From assembly GCA_000934665.2 (NCBI GenBank), contig JYFJ02001669.1:1-64000 (forward strand): 64,000 bases of DNA, in the 5' to 3' direction. The notes under the pieces are model-generated. The model was not told the DNA's origin. It saw nothing but the letters and a program-made list of their open reading frames with translations, and made no database searches. The translations under genes and the position numbers were made by a program. Shown here in pieces: positions 63,123-64,000 of the stretch (its first letter is position 1; every line of letters begins with the position of its first letter). Source of the stretch: Catajapyx aquilonaris (Eukaryota).

Positions 63123-64000
63123 ATGAGGGAAGGTGAAGAGAACACTGTGGATGAGACAATGGCCACGAAGAGAAGGAGGGTGCACAAGGGCAGCGGGGTG
63201 GAGGAAGAAGAGGAGAAGCCACGGGGAAAGGTATAAAATAAAAATTGTCCCTGCAATCTGTACGGCTTTGGAGTGACCGCACTACTACTGTGCAACCTGT
63301 GGCCCTGCCAGGCACGGTACAATCACATTGCGTGATGATTTCAATCCAATTTCTTTGCAATTGCAGGCTAGCAGCAGGACGTTTTCCAGCCTGCCTGATG
63401 AGATGAAGGCAAAGGTGTTCTCGTACCTGGACAAGAAATCCCTCTACAGGAGCACTCTGGTGTGCAAATATTGGTTCAAGGTGGCCAAGGATTGGCTGGG
63501 TCTTAGGAAGAAAGTAATTTTGAGCCCGATGCGATTGACTCTGGAGGAATCAGTGCAGGTGATCATAGACAACAGTACCCATCTGATGTCGGTTACTCTG
63601 ATGCACTGGAATGACGAGGATGGTGATTTGCTGCTGAAAGTAGTGGGCGGGAATCTTCCTCACCTGAAGCGTCTCATTGTGTCTAATATGTTGGTGCCAC
63701 AGAAGACACTGGAACTGATTTCACGAGAGTAAGTAAAGGAGGGTCGATATGGTTCGTTGAGTGTGATTCATCGTCAGTTCATTGCTTTTATTTTTACGAC
63801 CCAGGTTCAGCAAACTGAAGGACATATCCCTTAGAAGGTTTAAGAAGAACGAGAATTACTTGAGGCATCCCCTGGACATTTTGAGTGTCTGCCGAGAGCT
63901 AGAAAAGATAACAATAGATGGCCGATGTTACCCTCCAAACAAGGCCACCGGGGAAGACTGGCCAAAACTGACTGATGTATCACTTCTCATGGGCTTTGCT
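63123..64000 (+). CDS. F-box/LRR-repeat protein, copy 2 (runs off the right edge)
   Basis: Exons 63123-63230, 63367-63728, 63805 to beyond 64000. LPDEMKAKVFSYLDKKSLYRS. Same intron positions as copy 1, and the frame is open to the window end. Confidence 0.88.

Overview
Eukaryotic genomic DNA with GT-AG introns, microsatellites and many MITEs, most likely from an invertebrate, plausibly an arthropod (inference from gene content and compact introns). It is not prokaryotic, and I found no CRISPR, rRNA or genuine tRNA. Genes, left to right: (1) the 5' part of an MCTP (multiple C2 and transmembrane) gene on the minus strand, about 0.9-12.3 kb, running off the left edge; (2) an RPRD2-like CID-domain gene (minus), head-to-head with (3) a TRMO/TsaA tRNA methyltransferase (plus), which is tail-to-tail with (4) an ARHGEF18/Cysts-like RhoGEF (minus); (5) two tandem genes with intronless ORFs of 42-aa TPR repeats; (6) a nine-exon, two-BED-finger hAT-transposase-derived gene with all catalytic motifs substituted; (7) a small orphan ORF; (8) a C2H2 zinc-finger gene; (9) two duplicated F-box/LRR genes. 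Mobile DNA includes P-like, Harbinger-like and hAT MITEs, a Helitron with an intact insertion site, a V-domain SINE with TSD, and several satellites. Most notable: the apparently domesticated hAT/ZBED gene, the TPR array pair with hypervariable repeat positions and a triplicated promoter module, and the RPRD2-like gene with no usable in-frame AUG upstream of its CID domain. All exon models were built by eye and are unverified by transcripts.
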